In this document: positions 9,506-18,287 of the stretch, in pieces
Layout: each line of letters starts with the position of its first letter
Numbering within the stretch: position 1 is the stretch's first letter
DNA from: an uncultured Acidimicrobiaceae bacterium
GTDB lineage: Bacteria > Actinomycetota > Acidimicrobiia > Spongiisociales > ZC4RG35
Length of the DNA stretch: 64,000 nucleotides
Direction: 5' to 3'
Assembly (NCBI GenBank): GCA_964454615.1
Contig: CAYVTP010000001.1
Coordinates: 3,070-67,069, forward strand
Program-made: the position numbers and the translations under genes
Notes under the pieces: model-generated
Databases searched by the model: none
What the model saw: the letters and a program-made list of their open reading frames with translations, nothing else
Told to the model about the DNA's origin: nothing

Positions 9506-9934
9506 CTACGACCCGAGGGTCGACTCGACTGCGGCGAGGTCGGCGAAGGTGGTGTCGCCCAAGGTCGAGCGGAGAGCCTCCTGGGCGGATGCCCAGGTCT
9601 CGTGGATGGCACAGCGATCGGCCCAGGCGCACACTCCGCCGCGGAGGATGCACTGATCCGACCTGATCGGACCATCGATCGACTCGATCAGCTCGAGGAG
9701 GGTGATCTCCGACGGCGGGATGGCCAGTCGGTAACCCCCGTCAGGGCCGGGTTCGGATCGGACCCTTCCCGTTCGGACCAGGGCCGCCAGGACCTGCGGG
9801 ATGTACTTCTCGGGTATGCCCATGGCCCCGGCGATCTCCTTGGCCTTCTGGCGGCCCGGGGATTCCCAATGTCGGGCCAGGTGGAGGACGGCGCGGACCG
9901 AGTAGTCAGCTCGCCGACCCAACTCCAATCGCAT
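9506..9934 (-). CDS. Rrf2-family transcriptional regulator (probable [Fe-S] sensor, NsrR/IscR-like)
   Basis: Start at MRLELGRRADYSVRAVLHLAR (cat at 9932-9934). wHTH plus three Cys with C-x6-C-x5-C spacing (CILRGGVCAWADRC). Adjacent to the nos genes. Confidence 0.8.
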   Translation of the reverse strand: MRLELGRRADYSVRAVLHLARHWESPGRQKAKEIAGAMGIPEKYIPQVLAALVRTGRVRSEPGPDGGYRLAIPPSEITLLELIESIDGPIRSDQCILRGGVCAWADRCAIHETWASAQEALRSTLGDTTFADLAAVESTLGS

Positions 9935-9959
9935 CCTCGTTTCCCTCTCGTTACCGGCC

Positions 9960-10787
9960 TCAGACGTCCCGACTTCGGAAGACCGCTGCGGCCGCCGCCA
10001 GTGGGGCGGCCAGCCACGCTGTCGTGGCCACGGCCAGGACAGCGGCTGCCTGGGCGACTCCGAAGCGGCTCTCCAGGAAGAACATGAATGGACCGAGGGC
10101 ATGGCCGTCGGTGGCCAGCAGCCCGAGGGTCCGGATGGCGGCCAACGGGTTCAGCAGTGTCATCCACAACAGGCCTGCCGGCCCGAGGTTCACCGGGGCG
10201 AGAGCGATCAGGATGACGTCGACGCCGAGGGCGATCAGGAACCACACGGCGACGGCGATCGCCGTCGCCTGGCCCCGCCCGTCTGCGAGCACCGAGATCA
10301 GGAGTCCGATCGCAACCCCGGCGGTTGCCGCGGCGAGGGTGACCGCGGTGGCCATCGCCAGTCCGGCCAGGTCGGACATGGTCATTGCCGGGGCCGTGAC
10401 CACCGCCACCAGCCCCAGACCGATGCAGATCGAGGCCCATACGGTGGCGGTGACCCCGAGGAAGCCTCCCCAGAGAATGGAGGACCGGGGGATCGGCTGA
10501 GCGGCCACCATGGCCAGTGTGCCCTGATCCCGGGCGCCGGCGACCACTCCCGAGCCGAGGAGGATCCCAAAGAGCGGGGGCACGAGCACGCCGATGGTGA
10601 GCAGGCCGTCGACGACGGCGCTGACACCTCTCAGGCCGAGGACGCTCATCGAACGCAGGTTGACCAGGGCGATCCCGACCGCCATGAGGGCATAGAGGGC
10701 GGCTGCCGCCAGGACCCACCGGCTTCGGGCGGCACCCCTCATTTCCCATACGGCGATGGTGAGGATGGGGCTCCGTGTCTTGGTCAT
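9960..10787 (-). CDS. nosY: NosY-like ABC-2 permease
   Basis: 275 aa, 6 TM. Start ATG (cat at 10785-10787) overlaps the NosF stop (ATGA). Context nosD-nosF-nosY. Confidence 0.75.
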   Translation of the reverse strand: MTKTRSPILTIAVWEMRGAARSRWVLAAAALYALMAVGIALVNLRSMSVLGLRGVSAVVDGLLTIGVLVPPLFGILLGSGVVAGARDQGTLAMVAAQPIPRSSILWGGFLGVTATVWASICIGLGLVAVVTAPAMTMSDLAGLAMATAVTLAAATAGVAIGLLISVLADGRGQATAIAVAVWFLIALGVDVILIALAPVNLGPAGLLWMTLLNPLAAIRTLGLLATDGHALGPFMFFLESRFGVAQAAAVLAVATTAWLAAPLAAAAAVFRSRDV

Positions 10788-11440
10788 GGCTTTGCCACTT
10801 TCAGCTTGGTGACCGTCGAACCGGGTCTTTCGACCAGCTTTCCCTCGGCCAGGCCGACCACGCGGTCGAAGGCCCGGGTCAGGTCGTCTGCCCGGGGGGT
10901 GGCGACCAGCACCGAGGCACCCTCTGCGGTGGCAACTACCAATCCCTGCTCCAGGGTTGCCCGACCCTCGTCGTCCAGGCTGGCCGCCGGCTCGTCGAGC
11001 AGTATCAGTGGCGGGCCGCCGAGCATCGAAACCGCCAGAGCCACTCGCTGCCGTTGCCCACCGGAGAGGACCCTCGCCGGGAGGCTGGTGTCGGGGAGGA
11101 ACTCCGGATCGAAGGGATGGGCCCCGGGGTCGACACCACGCAGTCGGGCGAAGAAGTCGATCACCTCGGCCACCGTCGGCCAGCCGGGGAAGCTCACCGA
11201 CTGGGGCAAGTACCCGATGCGGGAGCGGCCGGAGAGGGAGTCGAGCCCGTCGACGAGGATGGTTCCCTCGAACTTCGCCAGGCCGGCCACACATCTGAGG
11301 AAGGTGCTCTTGCCGCTCCCGTTGTGACCGGTGATGGCGGTGACCGTACCGGGCTCGAGATCGAGGTCGAGGTCGACCAGTACCTGTCGCGGGCCGAAGC
11401 TCTTGGAGACCCCTTGGGCGTGGAGTCGTGGTGGGGTCAT
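10784..11440 (-). CDS. nosF: NosF-like ABC transporter ATP-binding protein
   Basis: Walker A GHNGSGKST, signature LSGGQRQR, Walker B LILLDEP. Start MTPPRLHAQGV (cat at 11438-11440); the upstream in-frame extension is non-coding-like. Confidence 0.8.
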   Translation of the reverse strand: MTPPRLHAQGVSKSFGPRQVLVDLDLDLEPGTVTAITGHNGSGKSTFLRCVAGLAKFEGTILVDGLDSLSGRSRIGYLPQSVSFPGWPTVAEVIDFFARLRGVDPGAHPFDPEFLPDTSLPARVLSGGQRQRVALAVSMLGGPPLILLDEPAASLDDEGRATLEQGLVVATAEGASVLVATPRADDLTRAFDRVVGLAEGKLVERPGSTVTKLKVAKP

Positions 11441-13542
11441 GTCCGGACTCCTGTTCTGGGACGCCGCGAGAGCCTGAAGAAACTTCCCGCCGAGGTGACC
11501 AGCACCGCGAACCCGGCGATGCCCGCAGCAGCGGCTGCTGTGGGGTCTTGGGGGGCTTCGGAGATCCTGGGCGACACCGGCTCGGTGAGAGGCCAGTCGT
11601 CGGTGGCGACCGGCGACAGTGTGAGCCACCGACTCTCCATCGCTCCGATGATTCGCATCGAGGGGGAGTTGGCGAGCGAAGAGAGGATTGGCGAGCGAAT
11701 CAAGAGGCGGTTCACCGAGCTCGCCTCCGAGTGGGGGACTAGGCCCCGCCCGTTCTCCCCATAGCCCCTGTAGCTGCTCCAGTAGTTACCCCAACCTCTA
11801 TCCGACCATACGATCTGGGTCGCCACGCTGCGTCCCTGCTGTGAGACCTGCACGAGATTGTCGACGAAGCTGTTGGCGGTGAACACCACGGCTGCCGAAG
11901 GGAACACCACCACCCCGAACTGGTTGTCGGCCACGGTGTTGGCCACGACCATCATGGGGAGTGCGCCACCGGCGGGGCCGTCGAGGTGGAGCCCCACCCG
12001 ATTGTCGGTCACTCGGTTCTCCACGACCGTCGCATCGGTGACGTCCTTGAGGAGGATCCCGAACCCGGTCGATGATGACACATTGCCGGAGAGGGAGTTG
12101 CGGACCACCTCCACCTCCCCGCCGTACATGAGAACAGCCCCGGACAGGTTCCCTTCGAACCGGTTCTCGATCAGCATGAGCTGTCGGCTGTACATGGTGT
12201 GGACTGCGTAGCGGCTGTTGGCCACTTCGACGTTGTCGATCAAGACGGAGGAGGCGAATGAGGCGTAGATCCCATCGCGCACATCCTGGATACGGGTCCC
12301 CCGGACCAGGACCCAGTCGGACTCCCACAGCGAGATCCCGTCTCCGCGGCCCCCGACGAGGTGTGCATCGTGAGATCCGTCGGCGGCATGGCTCTCACCT
12401 CCGAAGGCGGCCTCCTCGCGACCGAGTATCAGGCTGTTCAGGATACGGGTCCCCTCGACATCGCCCACCGCGATGCCCATGTAGCTGTCGGCGACGATTA
12501 CGCCATCGATCTCCACACCATCGGCCGCCACCCTGATCCCGGCCGGTTGCCCTCCGGGCCCGTGCCCGCTGCCGGTGACATGGATCCCCTTGAGGGTGGT
12601 GCCCGGTGCGGTCACCGTGATCACGGTGCCTGACCGGCTACCCACGATCAGTGGCATCCCATCCCCTTCGATGGTGATTGAGCGATCGATGACCAAGTCC
12701 CCGCGGTATGACCCAGAGGGCAGAGTCAGAGTCCCGCCATCGGGCACACCTGCGATCAGAGATGCCAGATCGAGCAGTTCGTCGTGATCGACCATCCCGC
12801 CCGACGGGCTCGGGTGAGTTGGAGTTGGTCTTGTAGCGTCGCCGGAAGGGGTGAGGCTGCCCTGTCCGGAGTGGTCATGTCCGGAGTGGTCATGTCCATC
12901 GTGAGCCACTGCGGGCAGGGCGGTGGTCATCGTCAGGATCACCAGGAGGGCGAGGGCCGTCGTCGTCGACCTCAGGAGTTTGTCGGCCAGCTTGGGGCCG
13001 AAGCTGATGAGCGCGGCCGTGGCCAGGAGGGCGAGAGTGCCGGTCCCTGGCAGGGACCACGCCGTGAAGTTCCAGACCCGGGTGGGCCCGACCGCCCATG
13101 GTGTGAACCCTTCCATGCGGAAGGCGGCGCCAGGGTCGAGGTCGTGGCCGAACTGGTGCAGTCGGAGCTGGATGACGGCGAGGATGGAGAGAGGGAACAG
13201 CCACAGATAGAGTCTGGCCAGCCTGCCGATTACTCCCCTGACCATCAACCCGAGGATGACCGCCACGCCAGCCACTGCCAGCCCGAGGGGCCAGAGGGCA
13301 ATCTCCGGGAAGTCCTCGATGCTGAAGGGTCGCATCCCGATGTAGTGGTTGAGGCTGTCGATCTCGGCCAGGTCGCCTTCGGCCCGGTCACCGAACACCA
13401 CCAACTCGAGACCGTCCGGGTACTGAGGTGCGGCGAGGGCGGACCTCCAGAGCGGCAAGGCCATTGCGGAAGCGATCAGGAGGATGGCGACCAGGGCGAT
13501 GACCACCCTTGGCCAACCGGGAGTCCTATTGGAAGATCCCAC
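11437..13542 (-). CDS. nosD: NosD-like right-handed beta-helix protein fused to an N-terminal polytopic membrane domain with a His-rich segment
   Basis: Central/C-terminal part has parallel beta-helix (CASH/NosD) repeats (IHVTGSGHGPGGQPAGIRVAADGVEIDGVIVADSYMGIAVG..., repeated NxxxxN/VxxN turns). N-terminal ~230 aa has 5-6 TM helices followed by HDGHDHSGHDHSGQG. Likely GTG start at ~13542 (AAGGAG 10 nt upstream); the ORF tool started at a TTG at 13590. Confidence 0.7.
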   Translation of the reverse strand: MGSSNRTPGWPRVVIALVAILLIASAMALPLWRSALAAPQYPDGLELVVFGDRAEGDLAEIDSLNHYIGMRPFSIEDFPEIALWPLGLAVAGVAVILGLMVRGVIGRLARLYLWLFPLSILAVIQLRLHQFGHDLDPGAAFRMEGFTPWAVGPTRVWNFTAWSLPGTGTLALLATAALISFGPKLADKLLRSTTTALALLVILTMTTALPAVAHDGHDHSGHDHSGQGSLTPSGDATRPTPTHPSPSGGMVDHDELLDLASLIAGVPDGGTLTLPSGSYRGDLVIDRSITIEGDGMPLIVGSRSGTVITVTAPGTTLKGIHVTGSGHGPGGQPAGIRVAADGVEIDGVIVADSYMGIAVGDVEGTRILNSLILGREEAAFGGESHAADGSHDAHLVGGRGDGISLWESDWVLVRGTRIQDVRDGIYASFASSVLIDNVEVANSRYAVHTMYSRQLMLIENRFEGNLSGAVLMYGGEVEVVRNSLSGNVSSSTGFGILLKDVTDATVVENRVTDNRVGLHLDGPAGGALPMMVVANTVADNQFGVVVFPSAAVVFTANSFVDNLVQVSQQGRSVATQIVWSDRGWGNYWSSYRGYGENGRGLVPHSEASSVNRLLIRSPILSSLANSPSMRIIGAMESRWLTLSPVATDDWPLTEPVSPRISEAPQDPTAAAAAGIAGFAVLVTSAGSFFRLSRRPRTGVRT

Positions 13543-13593
13543 GGTCGTCACGCTCCTTTCACTCAGTATCTGGAGGCCCAACGCCCTCAACCT

Positions 13594-13971
13594 CTATTCG
13601 GAGATCAACGTTCCGAACATTCCGGACTCGTAGTGGCCCGGGATGGTGCAGATGAACTCGTAGGTCCCCGGCTGGAAGGTCACCGTTTCCCTCACCGTCT
13701 GCCCTGGGTCGGCGTACATGTCCAGGCCCACGGCTTCGATGGTGAAGTCGTGCTCGACGACCCCATGGTTCATGAAGACGAAGGTCACCGGGACCCCGGC
13801 AGGGACCTCGATGGTGCTGGGATCGAACTCGAACTCCGTTGCGTGGATTTCGATTTCGATCCCGCTCGGGGCTGTCGTGGGTGCGGTGGTCCCACCGCCT
13901 CCCCCGTCCCCGCCGCAGGCGGCGAGGACGAGGATGAGGGCGGTGATGGAGGCTGTGTATCGGTGTCGCAT
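13594..13971 (-). CDS. type-1 copper cupredoxin lipoprotein (plastocyanin/azurin-like)
   Basis: Lipobox LVLAACGG. Type-1 Cu ligands in HDF...FICTIPGHYESGM (His, Cys, His, Met). Confidence 0.7.
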   Translation of the reverse strand: MRHRYTASITALILVLAACGGDGGGGGTTAPTTAPSGIEIEIHATEFEFDPSTIEVPAGVPVTFVFMNHGVVEHDFTIEAVGLDMYADPGQTVRETVTFQPGTYEFICTIPGHYESGMFGTLISE

Positions 13972-14014
13972 TTTGTTCACGCTCGCTTGTCTAGTCGTTC
14001 TCTCTCGTGTGTTC

Positions 14015-16006
14015 TCAGGGCTCCACCAGGAGCCAGCCCTGCATCTCCAGGTGGAGGGCGGAGCAGAACTCGGTGCAGTAGAAGGCGAAGGCGCCACTGC
14101 GATTGGCGGTGAACTCGAGCGAGACCACTTCGCCCGGGTCGAGGCTCGCCTGGAGGTTGTAGGCCGGTATGGCGAACCCGTGGGTGGCATCGCGGGCGGT
14201 CTCGATGTTGGTGATGTGCATCACCACCTTGTCGCCTGCCCGCACCCTGATCACGTCAGGGGTGAAAGTGCTGCGCCGTGCAGTCATGTAGATGTGGGTC
14301 TCGTCTCCTACCTGCTCGATTCGCTCTTCGCCGGCCGCAATGGCCACGGCGGAAGGGCCCATGGTCAGGGGGTCGGTGCCCACCGGATACACCACCCACG
14401 GATCGGCCAGCTTGTCCAGTGCGATCATCTGCACGTAGTGGGGCTCGCCGAAGCCGATCGGCATGTCCTTGAGGATCCGCAACTCCGGCCCGTCGATGTC
14501 GATGAGCTGGAAGTTCTGCGGATGAAGGGTGCCTATGGCCGGGAACCGATCGACCGACCACTTGTTGAGGGCGACCAGGTACTTGCCGTGCGGGTTGACG
14601 GTGTCGCCGTGGGCGGTCACCAGGTGCCCGATATTGTAGTGCACCGGCACCTTGTCGACCAGCTTGAAGGCGTCAGCCTCGGCCACGCCGGCCTCCGGCC
14701 CCAGAGTCCAGCGGGCGACCGCGCTCTCCACGAACAATGACGTGTAGGCGTTGCCCCTGTTGTCGAACTGGGTGTGTAGCGGGCCTGCGCCAAGCTCCAC
14801 CTGGGCCTCGACGACTGCCTCGAACCGGAGGATCGGGACGCCGAACTGGTCGGTCCCTTCGAAGTCCTGGTTGGCGATGGCCTCCTTGATCCGATCGATG
14901 GTGTAGACGGTGGCGATGGGGTCGAGCTTGCCTGACACCACGATGTAGTTGCCGTCGGGGGAGACGTCGACACCGTGGGGGTTCCTCGGCTCGGCGGCGA
15001 AGTGGAGGAGACCCTCGTCGATCGCCGTCTGGAGCCGGATCATCCGCGCCCCGTTGATCATCTCGTACTTGCCTTCGGCGACCACCTGCTCTGCCAGCTC
15101 CCAGTTGATGATGTGGAGGTAGTCGAAGCTATTGGCGATGGCCCCCGACTCCAGTGGCGGGTTTCCTTCCCAGATCCCCCCGGTAGCCATCTCGGTGTTG
15201 TACGAGTTGATGAACGCCCAGCCGTGGCTTGCCAGCTTGCCGGCGTCGGCCAGGTCCTGGTTGTACGGGGGAAGCTCGATCTGGAAGCTCCTGTCCAGGT
15301 CGGCATGCCCGGTCTCGGGGTCGATGGCCACGAACATCGAAGCGCCCCGGTAGTACTCGGCGTATTCATCGAGGTCGGCGTATCCCCCCGGCGCCAGGTA
15401 CGGCGAAGGGGTCTTGGCCGCCACGTGGACGTACTCGGTGTTCGGTGTGGCGAACACCCCACCATGTGAGGTCTGCATGTTGGGGAGGTCGATGATCTGC
15501 TTGGTCTTGAAGTCCCGCAGGTCGACCATCGCCAGTCGGCCGTTGGCCCTGTCGTTGATGTAGAGGAAGCGGCCGTCGTAGTCGCCGTCGGTCTCCGAAA
15601 TGGCAGGGTGGTGTGTGTCCCCCCATGCCAGCGGGTTGTTCTGCATCGGGTCGACGCCCTCGTCGAGCACCTCCATGCTCCAGTCGGCCCCGAACCCGAA
15701 TCCGGACCATGCATCGGGGGCGAAGACCGGAATCGTCTTCAGCAGCCGCATCGACGGCACCCCGATCACATGCATCTGCCCGGAGTGGCCCCCGGAGGCG
15801 AAGATCAGGTACTCGTCGTGGTCGCCCGGGGCGACGAAGGTCTGAAGCGCGGCGGTGGCCTCGGCTCCGGTGAGCCCGCGTTGTGATGCGATGTCGGCGA
15901 GCTGTCCTCCGGCCGCCGTGCCGAATCCGACCCGGCCGCCCACCACCCCGATCACCAGACCCAGCACCAGTGCCAGGGCCAGGAAGATCCTGTTCTTACC
16001 GTTCAT
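14015..16006 (-). CDS. nosZ: nitrous-oxide reductase NosZ, Sec-dependent clade-II type
   Basis: CuA motif YCTEFCSALHLEMQGW with upstream HGF. CuZ beta-propeller His motifs (GDTHHP etc.). Signal peptide MNGKNRIFLALALVLG lacks a twin-Arg. Strong SD GGAGGTG upstream of the ATG (cat at 16004-16006). Confidence 0.9.
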   Translation of the reverse strand: MNGKNRIFLALALVLGLVIGVVGGRVGFGTAAGGQLADIASQRGLTGAEATAALQTFVAPGDHDEYLIFASGGHSGQMHVIGVPSMRLLKTIPVFAPDAWSGFGFGADWSMEVLDEGVDPMQNNPLAWGDTHHPAISETDGDYDGRFLYINDRANGRLAMVDLRDFKTKQIIDLPNMQTSHGGVFATPNTEYVHVAAKTPSPYLAPGGYADLDEYAEYYRGASMFVAIDPETGHADLDRSFQIELPPYNQDLADAGKLASHGWAFINSYNTEMATGGIWEGNPPLESGAIANSFDYLHIINWELAEQVVAEGKYEMINGARMIRLQTAIDEGLLHFAAEPRNPHGVDVSPDGNYIVVSGKLDPIATVYTIDRIKEAIANQDFEGTDQFGVPILRFEAVVEAQVELGAGPLHTQFDNRGNAYTSLFVESAVARWTLGPEAGVAEADAFKLVDKVPVHYNIGHLVTAHGDTVNPHGKYLVALNKWSVDRFPAIGTLHPQNFQLIDIDGPELRILKDMPIGFGEPHYVQMIALDKLADPWVVYPVGTDPLTMGPSAVAIAAGEERIEQVGDETHIYMTARRSTFTPDVIRVRAGDKVVMHITNIETARDATHGFAIPAYNLQASLDPGEVVSLEFTANRSGAFAFYCTEFCSALHLEMQGWLLVEP

Positions 16007-16049
16007 GTCGCCACCTCCACGGAGTCGGGTTCCGGCTCCAGCCAGAACC

Positions 16050-16066
16050 ATTAGTCAAGTACTAAT
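16050..16066. promoter_or_regulatory. AT-rich 6-5-6 palindrome ATTAGT-caagt-ACTAAT upstream of nosZ (candidate operator)
   Basis: The only AT-rich patch in the nosZ/DLH divergent intergenic region; perfect inverted repeat ~45-60 bp upstream of the nosZ ATG. Confidence 0.4.
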
Positions 16067-16163
16067 AGATACGGTCCACGTTTCCGGCCCGAAGCGGTAG
16101 GGTCGAAAGTCCCTATCGGGCCGGGTGTGTCGCCCACGCCAGGACCTCGCCTAAGTTGAAGGG

Positions 16164-16805
16164 GTGGCACGAGACCTCGCATACTTCGTCCAGGAGGTAA
16201 CCGGCCGCGGGGTTCTCATCCTCCACTCACTGTGGGGCCTGACCCCGTCGGTGAAGCAGCGTGCCGATGAATTGGCAAGCCGGGGATACACCGTTCTGGC
16301 ACCGGATCTCGGATTCGGGGCCCTGCCGCAGACCGAGACCGAAGCGCTGGACCTGCTCGCCTCGGCCAGCCCCGACCGGCTCGCCCGACTCGTTCTGTCG
16401 TCGGCCGCCCTTCTTCAGGAGAGAACATCCGGCGATCGGGTGGCCGCGGTCGGTTTCGGGATGGGTGGTTCCCTGGGGCTCTGGGCATCGGTTCGCCTCC
16501 CCGACACCATCGAGGCGGTGGTCTCCTTCTACGGGAGCCAGCAGATCGACTTCGCCGGCTCCCGCTCCTCCTACCTGGTGCACCTGGCCGAGACGGACGA
16601 GTTCATCGACGACGACGAGGCGGCGTTCATGGAGGCGACCATGGGTCTGGAGGGGTTGCCCGTGGAGATGGTCCGCTACCCGGGGTCCCGACACGGCTTC
16701 GCCGAGCCCGAAGCAGCAGGGTACGACGCGGAGGTGTTCTCCCTCGCCTGGGCGAGGACCCTCGAGTACCTCGAGATGTCTCTCGGTCAGGCTTCGGACA
16801 TCTGA
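16164..16805 (+). CDS. dienelactone hydrolase family protein (alpha/beta hydrolase)
   Basis: DLH fold with nucleophile-elbow-like GFGMGGS (Gly in place of the usual Cys) and a C-terminal His (GSRHGF). Non-ATG start. Confidence 0.6.
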   Translation: MARDLAYFVQEVTGRGVLILHSLWGLTPSVKQRADELASRGYTVLAPDLGFGALPQTETEALDLLASASPDRLARLVLSSAALLQERTSGDRVAAVGFGMGGSLGLWASVRLPDTIEAVVSFYGSQQIDFAGSRSSYLVHLAETDEFIDDDEAAFMEATMGLEGLPVEMVRYPGSRHGFAEPEAAGYDAEVFSLAWARTLEYLEMSLGQASDI

Positions 16806-17266
16806 GCCAGGTCGGCCTCGAGAGTTGCCCGCTCCTCGGGGTCGGTGATCTCTGCCAGGAGAGCCCTTGCCAGCTCGAGGTGCTCGGCGAAGGTGGCCAC
16901 GTCGTCGACGACCGCCGCCGCCCGGGCGATCGCCTCATGGGCGAACCCGGTGATGAACGGGCCCAGATCGTTGGCCATTGCCCGCTCCAGCGACCGCTCG
17001 CCGAAGCGGAGGGCCAGCTCCTCGTAGCCGAGCACCGCAGCCACCCGCGACACCTGCCAGTCGGCGATCGCCCTGTTACGAGGCTCGCCGACTGCGTACC
17101 AGTGGTGTCGCTGGGCGAAGGCGGCTGCGATCATCGCCTCCTCCTCGTCCCTGGTCGGCTCCGGGAGATCGAGCAGAGACCATGCCGTGTTGAAGGCGTG
17201 GGGAGCCATGAGCCTATGACTCGCTTCGAGTTCGCCGGACGAGAGGTGCCCTGATGGCTCGGTCAC
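16787..17266 (-). CDS. hypothetical protein
   Basis: 159 aa, acidic and helical; no family recognised. GTG start. Confidence 0.45.
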   Translation of the reverse strand: MTEPSGHLSSGELEASHRLMAPHAFNTAWSLLDLPEPTRDEEEAMIAAAFAQRHHWYAVGEPRNRAIADWQVSRVAAVLGYEELALRFGERSLERAMANDLGPFITGFAHEAIARAAAVVDDVATFAEHLELARALLAEITDPEERATLEADLAQMSEA

Positions 17267-17285
17267 ATTGATACCTTAGGTCACG

Positions 17286-18287
17286 ATGGCAGACGAAGTC
17301 GTGGTGGAGGTGGGCGGCGAACAGGTGCGGATAACCAGCCCCGACCGGGTCATCTTCCCCGACCGGGGGTGGACCAAGATCGATGTCGTCAACCACTTCG
17401 CCCTGGTCGCCGAAGGCGCCCTCCGGGCGGTTCAAGGCCGGCCCACCATGCTCAAGCGCTACATGAAAGACGTCACCGTCGAGCCCATCTATCAGAAGAG
17501 GGCCTCACCCAAGTCACCGTTCGACTCGGTCCAGGTGAGGTTCCCCTCACAGCGCCCGGGGAGGATGGTGGTGCCCCGCACGGAGGCCGACCTGGTCCGG
17601 CTCGCCCAGCTCGGCTGTCTCGACCTCCATCCGTGGCCGGTGCGGGCGGAGGACACCGACCACCCCGATGAGCTCCGCTTCGACTTCGACCCCACCCCCG
17701 GCGTGGGATTTGAGGAGGTGCGGGCGGCGGTGGCCGGGGCCAGGGACCTGCTCGACGAGTTGGGGCTGATCGGGTGGCCCAAGACCTCTGGCAGCAGGGG
17801 AATCCACGTCTACGTCCGGATCGAGCCGATCTGGGACTTCTTCCAGACCAGGCGGGCGGTGCTCGCCTTCGCCAGGGAGCTGGAGCGGCGGATGGAGGGT
17901 CTGGTGACGACCAAGTGGTGGAAGGAGGAGCGGCACGGCGTCTTCATCGACTACAACCAGAATGCTCGGGACAAGAGTGTGTCGGCTGCCTACGGCGTCA
18001 GGCCCACAGGCTACGTCTCGACTCCTTTCGCATGGGAGGAGCTGTCGACGGTCGCCGTCGAGGACTTCCCTTTGGGCTCGTTCGCCGAGCGATGGCGATC
18101 GGTGGGCGACCTCACCGAAGGCATCGATGATGTGGCGGGGCGCATCGACACCCTCCTCGAGTGGGTGGCTCGGGACGAGGCGAACGGTCAGGGAGACGCG
18201 CCCTGGCCACCGCACTATCCCAAGATGCCGGGGGAGCCTCCCAGGGTGCAGCCATCGAAGCAGAGGCGGCCGGATGAGGACTACTAG
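17286..18287 (+). CDS. NHEJ DNA polymerase/primase (LigD polymerase domain, PolDom)
   Basis: Motifs KTSGSRGIHVYVRI and HGVFIDYNQN characteristic of LigD-Pol. Confidence 0.8.
   Translation: MADEVVVEVGGEQVRITSPDRVIFPDRGWTKIDVVNHFALVAEGALRAVQGRPTMLKRYMKDVTVEPIYQKRASPKSPFDSVQVRFPSQRPGRMVVPRTEADLVRLAQLGCLDLHPWPVRAEDTDHPDELRFDFDPTPGVGFEEVRAAVAGARDLLDELGLIGWPKTSGSRGIHVYVRIEPIWDFFQTRRAVLAFARELERRMEGLVTTKWWKEERHGVFIDYNQNARDKSVSAAYGVRPTGYVSTPFAWEELSTVAVEDFPLGSFAERWRSVGDLTEGIDDVAGRIDTLLEWVARDEANGQGDAPWPPHYPKMPGEPPRVQPSKQRRPDEDY

Noticed and set aside
16164-16805. Dienelactone hydrolase as a catalytically active enzyme
   Set aside because: Kept as a family call only, because the nucleophile position reads GFGMGGS (Gly instead of the usual Cys/Ser); it may be inactive or use another residue.
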